From Fidelibacterota bacterium UBA2242 (GTDB lineage: Bacteria > Fidelibacterota > UBA2242): a stretch of 64,000 nt of DNA. The DNA is taken from positions 271,685 to 335,684 of the forward strand of contig DDYE01000017.1 in assembly GCA_002347855.1 (NCBI GenBank). The letters are read 5' to 3'. Shown in pieces: positions 20,199-29,367 of the stretch; position 1 is the first letter of the stretch; each line of letters opens with the position of its first letter. The position numbers were made by a program, and so were the translations under genes. The notes under the pieces were generated by a model, which saw only the letters and a program-made list of their open reading frames with translations, made no database searches and was not told the DNA's origin.

Positions 20199-21118
20199 TG
20201 GAAGCATCAATTACTCTTAAAAATGTCAGCAAGCATTTTCAAAAAACGTATCTTTTTAGCAATTTAAATCTGGGAATCGAGAAGGGCACGACCTTTGCCA
20301 TAGTTGGACGCAATGGCGCCGGAAAATCGGTTCTTCTTAAGTTACTATCTACCTGGATGACACCCGATGCCGGCTCGGTTTTTATCCTTGGCAAGGAAGT
20401 TAGTCAGGCAGTGAATGTATCCCGTTATATCGCCTATCTTCCGGATAGCGATTGCCATGACCCGTGGCAAACTGGCTGGAGTAATATCAAGTATCGGGCT
20501 GATTTAATTGGTCTGGATGAAAAAGATTTCAAAGATAAAGTTCTACCCCTCATTGAATTATTTAACCTGAACGAGAAATTAAACGACTATCCGGTCACTT
20601 ACTCGCGGGGTACGAAACGGTGTTTAAATCTGGTTTTGACTCTGATGAGTGACACTGAGATTTTGCTTTTAGATGAGCCTACCCTCGGATTGGATTACCA
20701 AAATCGCTGGGCATTACTGCAATATCTTTTGAAAATCAAAGAAGAAAAGACCATTGTCATTGCTTCCAATACTTTCACTGAGATTCATTCCATCGCCGAC
20801 CGCTGGATTGTGCTTGAAAAAGGAGTCGTCCGCTTTGATGGCACTGTTGCCAAAATGCTCAGCCAGATCGAAATTCCGTTTACTCTCGAACTCATGTTGC
20901 AAACACCAGATGAACAGGTTGCCCGGCGATTACGTCAATTGTCCAGTGTGCAGAATGTTAACGAATACGGCTTGATGGTGCGGGGTTCTGTTCGGAATAT
21001 CAATGACCTGCCGGATATTCTTAAGCAAATTGACCTTACAAATATTGCTGGTATAAATGGTCAGACCATGAGCGTCGAGGAATTTTTAAATCAATTGCTT
21101 TCTGATGAAGGAATATAA
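20180..21118 (+). CDS. ABC transporter ATP-binding protein
   Basis: Walker A is GRNGAGKS. The signature-like motif is YSRGTKRCL. Walker B is LLLDEPTLGLD. The start overlaps the polA 3' end; an alternative GTG start at 20198 is in-frame. Confidence 0.8.
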   Translation: MVRGALVEASITLKNVSKHFQKTYLFSNLNLGIEKGTTFAIVGRNGAGKSVLLKLLSTWMTPDAGSVFILGKEVSQAVNVSRYIAYLPDSDCHDPWQTGWSNIKYRADLIGLDEKDFKDKVLPLIELFNLNEKLNDYPVTYSRGTKRCLNLVLTLMSDTEILLLDEPTLGLDYQNRWALLQYLLKIKEEKTIVIASNTFTEIHSIADRWIVLEKGVVRFDGTVAKMLSQIEIPFTLELMLQTPDEQVARRLRQLSSVQNVNEYGLMVRGSVRNINDLPDILKQIDLTNIAGINGQTMSVEEFLNQLLSDEGI

Positions 21119-21121
21119 AGG

Positions 21122-21868
21122 ATGGGGGCAATTTGGTCACTGGTAAAAAATGATTTGCGTCTGAATATCAAGCAAATTATCTGGGGTATAATTATCGGAA
21201 TTTTGGGTACAGCTATTTTTTATTTAACCTTTGCTGAAGGGATGAACCTGTTATTGCCTCGCATCGAATATATTGATATCAAACTATATTTCGCTGCCAG
21301 TTTAATTATACTCACCGTCTGCGTGATGGCATTGATAGTTGCGCAAGCCGGCACTGCCCGCCAATTTTTCAGCGGGCAAATGGCAAACCTGCGTGCCGCA
21401 AATATCTCGGTGAGTAAGATATATGTCGGTAAGTCACTCGTCTATTTCTGCGAATCCCTTATCTATCTGGTTTTTATCACAGTTGAAATACTAATCATTA
21501 CAGGTATACATCTTTCTTGCGGGCGCTTACTTTTATTCTGGCTATTTTTGATTTTTGGAATTTACCTTGCCGTTCAGGTCGGGATGCTATTAGGAATGAT
21601 GACCAATTTGCGGTTTCAGTGGCTGATTCTTTTTCTGTTAATTTTGCCTTTGCTTTTTCTATCTGGTTTCATTGTCCCAACTCATTACTGGAATAGCACT
21701 CTTGCGTTCGTGATTTCCATCCTTCCCACAACCTGTTTAATTGAGAACGGAAGGTCAATTGGGGCTCGTCAACCTATTAATCCTTTCGGGTTGATTTATT
21801 TACTTACCCTCAATGTCGTCTTTGTTTTCGGTGGGGTATTTTTATTTAAAAGGAAATTGATGCGATGA
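21122..21868 (+). CDS. ABC-2 type transporter permease
   Basis: Six predicted TM segments. Translationally coupled to the upstream ATPase. Confidence 0.55.
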   Translation: MGAIWSLVKNDLRLNIKQIIWGIIIGILGTAIFYLTFAEGMNLLLPRIEYIDIKLYFAASLIILTVCVMALIVAQAGTARQFFSGQMANLRAANISVSKIYVGKSLVYFCESLIYLVFITVEILIITGIHLSCGRLLLFWLFLIFGIYLAVQVGMLLGMMTNLRFQWLILFLLILPLLFLSGFIVPTHYWNSTLAFVISILPTTCLIENGRSIGARQPINPFGLIYLLTLNVVFVFGGVFLFKRKLMR

Positions 21869-22329
21869 GAGCCTATTTAGCCGGTGCAATTGAGCATTCT
21901 CCCGACCGTGGCAAAGCCTGGCGCGATGAGATGAATTTTTTTCTGCAGGAACAGTTACACCATTCCTGTTATAATCCTCTTATTGAAGAGTCAAAATATT
22001 TGAGTTTAGAAGAGCTCGCCACTTTTCGCAGTTATAAAGCCACGGATATAGAGCTTTTCCGTTCCTTAGTGCGTCGTCTGATTGATGGGGATTTAAATGC
22101 CTTGAATTCAAATATTGATTATGTCATCTGCTACTGGGATAAATATGCTATCAAAGGCGGCGGTACTTACGGCGAATTGACTTTTGCTTATTGGAAGAAA
22201 ATCCCGGTATATATGGTCACAGACCTGCCTCTGGCGACTATCAGCAGCTGGATTTTAGGCTGCACGACGCAAATCTTTTCGACCCTGGATGATTTAAAAG
22301 ACTTTTTGTTGAAGAAATATAAAAACTGA
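21865..22329 (+). CDS. YtoQ-like / nucleoside 2-deoxyribosyltransferase-like family protein (tentative)
   Basis: The N-terminus MRAYLAGAIEHSPDRGKAWRDEM resembles the YtoQ family motif YLAGEIHSDWRE. Confidence 0.35.
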   Translation: MRAYLAGAIEHSPDRGKAWRDEMNFFLQEQLHHSCYNPLIEESKYLSLEELATFRSYKATDIELFRSLVRRLIDGDLNALNSNIDYVICYWDKYAIKGGGTYGELTFAYWKKIPVYMVTDLPLATISSWILGCTTQIFSTLDDLKDFLLKKYKN

Positions 22330-22343
22330 CCTTTTATTCCAAC

Positions 22344-23465
22344 ATGCCTACAATTCCCAATTACACTGTAGCTGAAATTAACTTAACCAATCTGCTGGAG
22401 AATTATCGCCTTATTCGTCAGCGGGTGGCGCCAGCAGAAGTGATGGCAGTTATCAAAGCCAATGCCTATGGGCACGGTGCGGTAGTGGTGGGGAAGACGC
22501 TGGCGGCAGCGGGCGCCAAATATTTTGCCGTCGCGCGTTTAAGCGAAGCGCTGGAATTAATCGAATCAGGATTAAATGGCACGATTTTGCTATTTGGTAG
22601 CCTTTTCCCCGACGAAATGGAAATTGCTCTAAAGTATGGCTGCCGCATAACGATAACCTGTCCCGAAGATATTCACCTTGTTAAGCAAATAGCCGGTCGG
22701 CTGGACATGACCGCGCAAGTGCATATTAAAGTTGATACCGGAATGGGACGGGTTGGTTTACTATGGGATTCGGCGCTGGAACACATAAAAACAGTTAGTA
22801 CTCAACCGGAACTTTTTATTGAAGGCATTTATACCCATTTTGCCACCGCTGATATGCGCGATAAAAGTTATGTGCACATCCAGCTTCAACGCTTTCAACA
22901 ATTGCTTACTGCTATCGAGCAGGCAGGCATTCGCGTCCCCTATTATCATGCTGCCAATAGTGGCGCCATTTTAGATTTACCGGAAGCCTATTTTAATATG
23001 GTACGACCAGGTATTGCGCTATATGGCCATTATCCCACGACCGATACCACCGAATCACTACCATTACGTCCGGTTATGACGCTACGTACGGTTGTCGCTC
23101 AGGTGAGGAAATTACCCGCCGGAGTGAGTATAAGTTATGGGCAGCGTTATTTTACCCGGCATGAGACAGCCATTGCCGTACTGCCCATTGGCTATGCGGA
23201 CGGCGTTTTCCGTAGTTTTAGCAACACGGGCAAGGTTATGATAAAAGGCAAATTCTATCCGATTGTCGGTACCGTGACGATGGATCAAATTATGGTGGAA
23301 ATCGGGGAAGATAATGTTCAGGTTGGAGATAAAGCATTTTTCTGGGGCGAGACTCCAGATGGAACTATCTCTGCCACGCAAGTTGCTGCTCAAATTGGGA
23401 CAATTGCATACGAACTCTGTTGTGCGGTTTCGCGCCGCGTACCGCGCATTTATCTCAATAAATAG
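22344..23465 (+). CDS. alr: Alanine racemase
   Basis: AVIKANAYGHG is the PLP-lysine motif. A C-terminal beta-domain is present. Confidence 0.9.
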   Translation: MPTIPNYTVAEINLTNLLENYRLIRQRVAPAEVMAVIKANAYGHGAVVVGKTLAAAGAKYFAVARLSEALELIESGLNGTILLFGSLFPDEMEIALKYGCRITITCPEDIHLVKQIAGRLDMTAQVHIKVDTGMGRVGLLWDSALEHIKTVSTQPELFIEGIYTHFATADMRDKSYVHIQLQRFQQLLTAIEQAGIRVPYYHAANSGAILDLPEAYFNMVRPGIALYGHYPTTDTTESLPLRPVMTLRTVVAQVRKLPAGVSISYGQRYFTRHETAIAVLPIGYADGVFRSFSNTGKVMIKGKFYPIVGTVTMDQIMVEIGEDNVQVGDKAFFWGETPDGTISATQVAAQIGTIAYELCCAVSRRVPRIYLNK

Positions 23466-23474
23466 TCAATTGGA

Positions 23475-24143
23475 TTAGCCCAGGATTTCCCGCAAATCAG
23501 CAAATTTATCAATTAAAAAATCAGGATTTAAAACAGCTAACTCGGTAGCTGTGCGCATACCATAAGAAACCAGGCAGACTGGCATTTCTATTTGGCGGGC
23601 GGCAATGAGGTCTTTTTCGCTGTCGCCGACAAACAAAGCCTGATGTGACGGACAATCAAATTGCTGCAAAATAAATTTTAGTGGTTCGGGATTAGGTTTC
23701 CGCGTCGTCAGGGAATCGCCACCGAGAATGCAATCAAAATAGGAAGTCATTTTAAAGTGGTCTAAAATGCGGCGTGTGAAGTAGTAGGCTTTATTAGAAA
23801 TAACCGAAAGCCGGTAGTCATTAAGTACCGCTAAAGTAGCGGTGACTCCGGGATAGGGATGAGTGGTGCGTAATAGATTACGGTCATAAATCGTCCGGTA
23901 CTTTTTAACAGCCTGGCTGAGCAACTGTTGGTCGCAGCTCTTTTCGCTTGAAGCATATTCAATTGCGCGCCGTACCAGTGTCTCAATGCCATCACCAATA
24001 AAGCCTGCGACAACGGTGTATTCAATTGGTTCGAACCCGAAAAAGGCTAAAGTCTGATTGGTTGAAATGACGATATCCGGAGCGGTGTTACAAAGCGTCC
24101 CGTCCAGGTCAAATAATACAGTTTTAAAATTGTATTTCATCAC
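23475..24143 (-). CDS. HAD-superfamily hydrolase (phosphoglycolate phosphatase-like)
   Basis: Motif I is VLFDLDGTL. Motif II is VISNK. Motif IV is VGDSEKD. Confidence 0.75.
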   Translation of the reverse strand: MMKYNFKTVLFDLDGTLCNTAPDIVISTNQTLAFFGFEPIEYTVVAGFIGDGIETLVRRAIEYASSEKSCDQQLLSQAVKKYRTIYDRNLLRTTHPYPGVTATLAVLNDYRLSVISNKAYYFTRRILDHFKMTSYFDCILGGDSLTTRKPNPEPLKFILQQFDCPSHQALFVGDSEKDLIAARQIEMPVCLVSYGMRTATELAVLNPDFLIDKFADLREILG

Positions 24144-24353
24144 CTAAAATATAGATGAAGCCCGGCAATATCAAAATCGTTTTTTCAGAGTTTTTGATTT
24201 ATGGCAAGGTAAAATCTTTCCCGATTGTAAAAATATTTGTAAAAATTAGTATGGCAATGCTAAACTTGGCTTGATTTGAATTGCTAAGGTTTAGCGGGAA
24301 AATAGATTTGAAAATCTTCTTTAGTAAAGTAAATTTAACGGCTTTTTGAAAGG

Positions 24354-25040
24354 ATGAAGATGGGTATCGTAATTGCAATTGATGGTCCCGCCGGTGCTGG
24401 TAAAAGTTCTACCGCCCGAGAAGTCGCACGCCGGCTTGGTTTTACTTATGTGGATACCGGGGCAATGTATCGGGCTGTGACCTACCTTGTCCTGCAAAAT
24501 AAGGTGGATGTGCGTGATGAACAGGCGGTCATTCAGTTAGCTGCTCAAGCCGATATTCAATTTCAATGGCAGGCAGGTGAACTTCATACTTATTTAAATG
24601 GCAAAGATGTTAGTCGAGAAATTCGCTCAGCAGAAGTCGCCAATCTGGTCAGTCCTATCAGTGCCATAGGGGGTGTACGGGAGATAATGGTTGAACGGCA
24701 GCGCGAAATGGGTCGCTCAAGTAATATTGTTATGGAGGGGCGTGACATTGGTACACGTGTTTTTCCTGGCGCTGAATTTAAAATATATCTCGATGCAGAT
24801 GTTGCTACACGCGCTAAACGCCGCCTGAAGGACTATGAACAAATAGGTCAAGCCATCCCGCTGGAGCAAATTATGGCCGAAATCAAGCATCGTGACGAAA
24901 TTGATTCTTCACGTCAGCATTCACCACTCAAGCAAGCCGCGGATGCCATCGTGATTGATACGAGTAATTTGAGTTTTGAAGAACAAGTTGCTAAGATAAT
25001 TGCCTTAATAAGGCAGAAATATCCCGATAATAAGGATTAA
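24354..25040 (+). CDS. cmk: Cytidylate kinase
   Basis: IAIDGPAGAGKSSTAREVARRLGFTYVDTGAMYRAV is the Cmk signature. Confidence 0.9.
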   Translation: MKMGIVIAIDGPAGAGKSSTAREVARRLGFTYVDTGAMYRAVTYLVLQNKVDVRDEQAVIQLAAQADIQFQWQAGELHTYLNGKDVSREIRSAEVANLVSPISAIGGVREIMVERQREMGRSSNIVMEGRDIGTRVFPGAEFKIYLDADVATRAKRRLKDYEQIGQAIPLEQIMAEIKHRDEIDSSRQHSPLKQAADAIVIDTSNLSFEEQVAKIIALIRQKYPDNKD

Positions 25041-25089
25041 GAGGTCTTGATCCGAGTAAACCCTAAACCCTAAACCAAAGGAAACTTGA

Positions 25090-27240
25090 ATGTTGGAAGA
25101 TGAACAGATGTTGAACCCTAAACCCTCTGAGGAGACAGAGGTTAATCCTGCTGAAAATCCCGAATCGACTTCTCCAGCCGTCGCGGATGACAGCGCTATC
25201 TCCGTCAATTTCAACACCGAAATTGTTGTCACTGGACCATTGACCGAGAGTGTCAGGGTAATTGATTTGAAAGATTTGGGCTCCTTGCCGGAGAGCCACG
25301 AGAAAGAAATTGAGGAGCAGAATCAGCTCTATCGAACAGCTTTAAAAGATGTTGCTAAGGATCAGCGTATTCTCGGCACCGTCGTCGCCATTAGTGAAAA
25401 TGAAATCATGGTTGATGTCGGTTTCAAGTCGGAAGGCGTTGTTTTGCGGGAAGAATTTGCCGAAGGAGAACTTCCCAAGATTGGTGATCAAATCGAGGTC
25501 TTTGTTGAAGTATTAGAAAATGAGAATGGACAAATGATTCTATCCAAACGCAAAGCCGACTTTATGCGCGTTTGGGAAAGAATTCGGGAGATTTATAACT
25601 CAGGGCAAATCATTGAAGGAAAAATTACTAGCCGTATCAAAGGCGGGATGGTCGTTGATGTCATGGGCATTGACGCTTTTTTACCAGGGTCACAAATTGA
25701 TATCCGACCGGTCAATGATTTCGATTCCTATGTCGGCAAAACCTTTGAATTTCGCATTGTCAAACTCAATGAGCTTCGTAAAAATATAGTCCTGAGTCGC
25801 AAGGAATTGCTGGAAGAAGCCATGAAAGGCAAACGCGACGATCTCCTCTCCCGCATTAAAGTTGGTGATGTCCTCACCGGACGGGTCAAAAATATTACTG
25901 ACTTCGGAGTATTTATCGACCTGGGCGGCTTAGACGGCTTACTCCACATTACCGATATTTCCTGGGGACGAATAAATCATCCCCGCGAGGTGGTGAGTCT
26001 TGATCAAGAACTGACGGTAAAGGTCATTGATTACGACCCGGAAAAGCAGCGCGTTTCGCTTGGTCTTAAGCAGCTCACGCCTCATCCGTGGGAAGGCATT
26101 GAGCAGAAATATCCCGTTGATTCAATTGTCAAGGGGAAGGTTGTTAACATTGCTAATTACGGCGTCTTTGTCGAATTAGAGAAAGGTGTCGAAGGGCTGA
26201 TTCATATTTCTGAAATCTCCTGGACTCAGCATATTAAACATCCTTCCGAAGTATTTTCGATTGGTGATGTCATCGAAGCCAAAGTTCTGGGCATTGATAG
26301 CACCGAAAGGAAAATTTCTTTGGGCTATAAACAGCTTGAGCCCGACCCATGGGACGCTATTGAACAGAATTTCAAAGTTGGCTCAATTCACAAAGGTGTC
26401 GTTCGCAACCTGACCTCCTATGGTGCTTTCGTTGAACTGCAGGAGGGTATCGACGGATTTGTGCATATTTCGGATATGTCTTGGACTAAGAAACTGCGCC
26501 ATCCGCGGGAGATGCTGAAGAAAGACCAGGAAGTTCAGGTCAAAGTGCTGGAAATCTCCAAAGAGAATCGCAAGATTAACCTCGGTATTAAACAAATTGA
26601 AGAAGATCCCTGGCCAATGATCGAAACTCTGTTCAGCGTCGATTCAATTGTCGAAGGTGAAGTCGTCAAGATTGCCGAAAAATTCATCGTGGTGAATCTG
26701 GAACATGACTTGGAAGGTATAGTTCCATTAGGACAAATGCCTAAGAAAGACCGCAAAGACCTCAGCAAAGCTGTCAAAGTCGGCGACAAAATGCAGCTCA
26801 AAGTGCTGGAAGTCAATCGCCATGAGAAAAAAATTGTCCTCTCGCGCGAACAAGCCATGCCCAAAGAGCCAAAGACTGAGGTTGAGGCTTTTATAATGCA
26901 GCAACCGCAACCGACCGACAAAATCGAAATTCCTACTGAGGTTATTGAAATGATTGCCCAGACGGAAACAGCCGCCCCCCCTACTGAATCCGAAACCGCT
27001 GAAGCTGCTCCGAAAAAGGCAAAGGCAAAAACTAAAAAAGCAAAAGAAGAGCCGGCACCTGAACCTGAAACTACAGAGAAACCTGCTAAGGCAACCAAAA
27101 CTACCAAGAAAAGTAGTAAAGCGACAACCGATGAAGAAAAAACCGAGAAGGCGGCTAAAACTGCTAAGAAAACTACCAGGTCTAAAACTAAAGTCGCTGA
27201 AGAATCTGCAGAATCAACTCCTGAGTCAGAACAATCTTAG
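25090..27240 (+). CDS. rpsA: 30S ribosomal protein S1 with ~100-aa Lys/Ala/Thr/Glu-rich C-terminal tail
   Basis: Six S1 domains are present, with the repeating GxV...HISE(I/M)SW pattern. Synteny is cmk-rpsA. Confidence 0.9.
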   Translation: MLEDEQMLNPKPSEETEVNPAENPESTSPAVADDSAISVNFNTEIVVTGPLTESVRVIDLKDLGSLPESHEKEIEEQNQLYRTALKDVAKDQRILGTVVAISENEIMVDVGFKSEGVVLREEFAEGELPKIGDQIEVFVEVLENENGQMILSKRKADFMRVWERIREIYNSGQIIEGKITSRIKGGMVVDVMGIDAFLPGSQIDIRPVNDFDSYVGKTFEFRIVKLNELRKNIVLSRKELLEEAMKGKRDDLLSRIKVGDVLTGRVKNITDFGVFIDLGGLDGLLHITDISWGRINHPREVVSLDQELTVKVIDYDPEKQRVSLGLKQLTPHPWEGIEQKYPVDSIVKGKVVNIANYGVFVELEKGVEGLIHISEISWTQHIKHPSEVFSIGDVIEAKVLGIDSTERKISLGYKQLEPDPWDAIEQNFKVGSIHKGVVRNLTSYGAFVELQEGIDGFVHISDMSWTKKLRHPREMLKKDQEVQVKVLEISKENRKINLGIKQIEEDPWPMIETLFSVDSIVEGEVVKIAEKFIVVNLEHDLEGIVPLGQMPKKDRKDLSKAVKVGDKMQLKVLEVNRHEKKIVLSREQAMPKEPKTEVEAFIMQQPQPTDKIEIPTEVIEMIAQTETAAPPTESETAEAAPKKAKAKTKKAKEEPAPEPETTEKPAKATKTTKKSSKATTDEEKTEKAAKTAKKTTRSKTKVAEESAESTPESEQS

Positions 27241-27269
27241 TAGGATTAGATTGAAAGCGTATTTTAAAT

Positions 27270-27308
27270 GCATGGGGTTTGTTTTTCAGCAAGCCCCATG
27301 CTTATTTT
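27270..27308 (+). terminator. Rho-independent terminator of rpsA
   Basis: 12-bp stem gcatggggtttg/caagccccatgc containing one G-U pair, an 8-nt loop, then a TTATTTT tract. Confidence 0.65.
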
Positions 27309-27317
27309 CAAAGTGTT

Positions 27318-28352
27318 ATGCCGTTCAAATTAAGTGAAAGACAGCGCGCCTACAGTAAGAATTTAAAACTCAGTATCATTTTTCGGCGCATACAACTGTG
27401 GTGTAAGACTAATACTCAGATGAAAATCTGGGTTTTCATCTTTACGATGATACTCTGGTTTTTCGTCGTGCTCAATAACCGTTACTCTTATACTTTCAAT
27501 GGAAAACTTGAAGTGCGCAATATCTCGGCAGGTAAAGTTCTTAAATCCCGCCTTCCGACGCGGGTGCAAGCCAATTTTTCCGGAAAGGGACTTGACCTTT
27601 TCATTCTATTATTTTCGCAACGCAGTGGACTGAAATTTATTGTTGACCTTGAAACCATCAAATGGCGGTATGATTTCCTGCTTGAAGATTATTTCCGTAA
27701 AAACAGTGAAAATGTCATCGTTCCGCGTGGTCTGGATGTCAGGCTGGAGCATATTGTCTGGCCAGAAAGTTTAAGGGTCGAATTGGATGTTGTGGGACAA
27801 GTTAGGTTTCCCGTTCAGGCTGATGTAGAATTGAATCTCGCCCCCGGTTATGTTTTGATAGACGCACCGGTAATAACTCCCGATAGCGTAAACGTATCTG
27901 GTCCTCAATCGGCTCTTCAGCAAATAGCAGTTATTCGCACTAAAAAAATGGCCTTTCGGAATGTTACCGCTTCAATCTCACGGGAAATAGAACTCCTTGT
28001 GCCTGAACTGGATAACTTGAAACTGGAAGTGCGCAAGATCCGTTTTCAACAAGAGGTTGACCAACTAAGTGAGCGTACCATCAATAATATCCCTGTCATA
28101 ATCACAGGCACTTCGCCAGGTATTAAAGTCGAAATAATCCCCTCGACAGTTGCGCTTACCGTGACCGGCGGACTTTCCGTTCTCAGGAAACTCAAACCGG
28201 AAGATATCAGCCTGACATTCGATATAATTAAAGACTGGAAAGGCAGCGAAGCGTTCTATACTCCTCATATCACTTTGCCTGCTGGAGTAATTTCCTATTC
28301 TCATCTAACACCCGAAAAAATCGAAGTTCGCATCATCCGCGAAAGATTTTAA
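27318..28352 (+). CDS. YbbR-like domain membrane-anchored protein (tentative; alternative start 27420)
   Basis: The N-terminal TM is IWVFIFTMILWFFVVL, followed by repeated beta-rich modules. The ORF-track start at 27279 lies inside the rpsA terminator hairpin, so an internal Met is preferred. Confidence 0.4.
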   Translation: MPFKLSERQRAYSKNLKLSIIFRRIQLWCKTNTQMKIWVFIFTMILWFFVVLNNRYSYTFNGKLEVRNISAGKVLKSRLPTRVQANFSGKGLDLFILLFSQRSGLKFIVDLETIKWRYDFLLEDYFRKNSENVIVPRGLDVRLEHIVWPESLRVELDVVGQVRFPVQADVELNLAPGYVLIDAPVITPDSVNVSGPQSALQQIAVIRTKKMAFRNVTASISREIELLVPELDNLKLEVRKIRFQQEVDQLSERTINNIPVIITGTSPGIKVEIIPSTVALTVTGGLSVLRKLKPEDISLTFDIIKDWKGSEAFYTPHITLPAGVISYSHLTPEKIEVRIIRERF

Positions 28353-28353
28353 C

Positions 28354-29367
28354 ATGTATATCCTTGGCATTGAAACCTCTTGCGATGAAACCAGTGTCGC
28401 AATTCTCCAGGATAATGAGGTCTTGACAAATCTCGTTGCTACCCAGTATTTTCATCAAAAATTCGGCGGGGTTGTGCCGGAATATGCTTCCCGGGAGCAT
28501 TTGCGCATCATTTCCGGGATGGTTGAACAAGCCCTTGTTGAAACTCATCTGAATATCCAGCTGATTGATGCCATAGCAGTAACTTACGGACCGGGATTGA
28601 TGGGAGCATTATTAGTCGGTCTTCATTTTGCCAAAGGATTAGCCTTTGCAACGGGGAAGCCACTCCTTGCCGTGAATCATGTTGAGGGGCATATAGTAGC
28701 AAATTTCCTCGAAATGCAGGGATTGCAATATCCGTTTTTGTGCCTTTTAGTCTCGGGTGGGCATACTCAGATTATCAATGTCCTCGATTTCGGGCATTAT
28801 AAGATTTATGGACGTAGTATAGACGATGCTGCCGGAGAAGCCTTTGACAAAGCTGCTCGAATTCTGGGATTATCTTTTCCCGGTGGTCCTCAGATTGATA
28901 AATTAGCTCAAAATGGTAATCCATCTTTCTATTATTTCCCCCGTGCACATGTAAGAAGTGATAGCGCGGATTTCAGTTTTAGTGGCTTGAAAACTGCCTT
29001 GCTTTATCTCGTCCGTAAACATGATACCAATTGGGTGCAAGAACATCTAACAGATTTGTGCGCATCATACCAGGAATCAATCGTCGATGTCCTCAAAACG
29101 AATACTTTTTCTGTCGCTGAGAAAATCCACGCGCGCCGATTAGTTCTGGCTGGTGGTGTGGCAGCCAATTCTCGTCTGCGAACTGTATTTCGTCAGACTG
29201 CAATGGCTTACGGTATTCAATTATTCTTTCCACCACTCAAATATTGCACCGATAATGCCGCCATGATCGCTAGAACAGGTTACGAAATGTTCCAACGCCA
29301 GATGTTTGCGCCACTTGCAGTGACCGCCGTCCCAAATCTGCGTATTCCAGAAAAAACTGATGACTAA
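28354..29367 (+). CDS. tsaD: tRNA N6-adenosine threonylcarbamoyltransferase TsaD
   Basis: ILGIETSCDETSVAIL is the Kae1/TsaD signature. Metal ligands sit in the LVSGGHT context. Confidence 0.9.
   Translation: MYILGIETSCDETSVAILQDNEVLTNLVATQYFHQKFGGVVPEYASREHLRIISGMVEQALVETHLNIQLIDAIAVTYGPGLMGALLVGLHFAKGLAFATGKPLLAVNHVEGHIVANFLEMQGLQYPFLCLLVSGGHTQIINVLDFGHYKIYGRSIDDAAGEAFDKAARILGLSFPGGPQIDKLAQNGNPSFYYFPRAHVRSDSADFSFSGLKTALLYLVRKHDTNWVQEHLTDLCASYQESIVDVLKTNTFSVAEKIHARRLVLAGGVAANSRLRTVFRQTAMAYGIQLFFPPLKYCTDNAAMIARTGYEMFQRQMFAPLAVTAVPNLRIPEKTDD

Noticed and set aside
26535-27107. 190-aa antisense ORF inside the rpsA 3' region
   Set aside because: It lies opposite the low-complexity K/A/T/E tail codons of rpsA. 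Ser/Gly/Ala-rich nonsense; an artefact of repetitive sequence.
27279-27317. ORF-track start of the YbbR-like gene
   Set aside because: It lies inside the rpsA terminator hairpin (27270-27308). A downstream Met (27318 or 27420) is more plausible.
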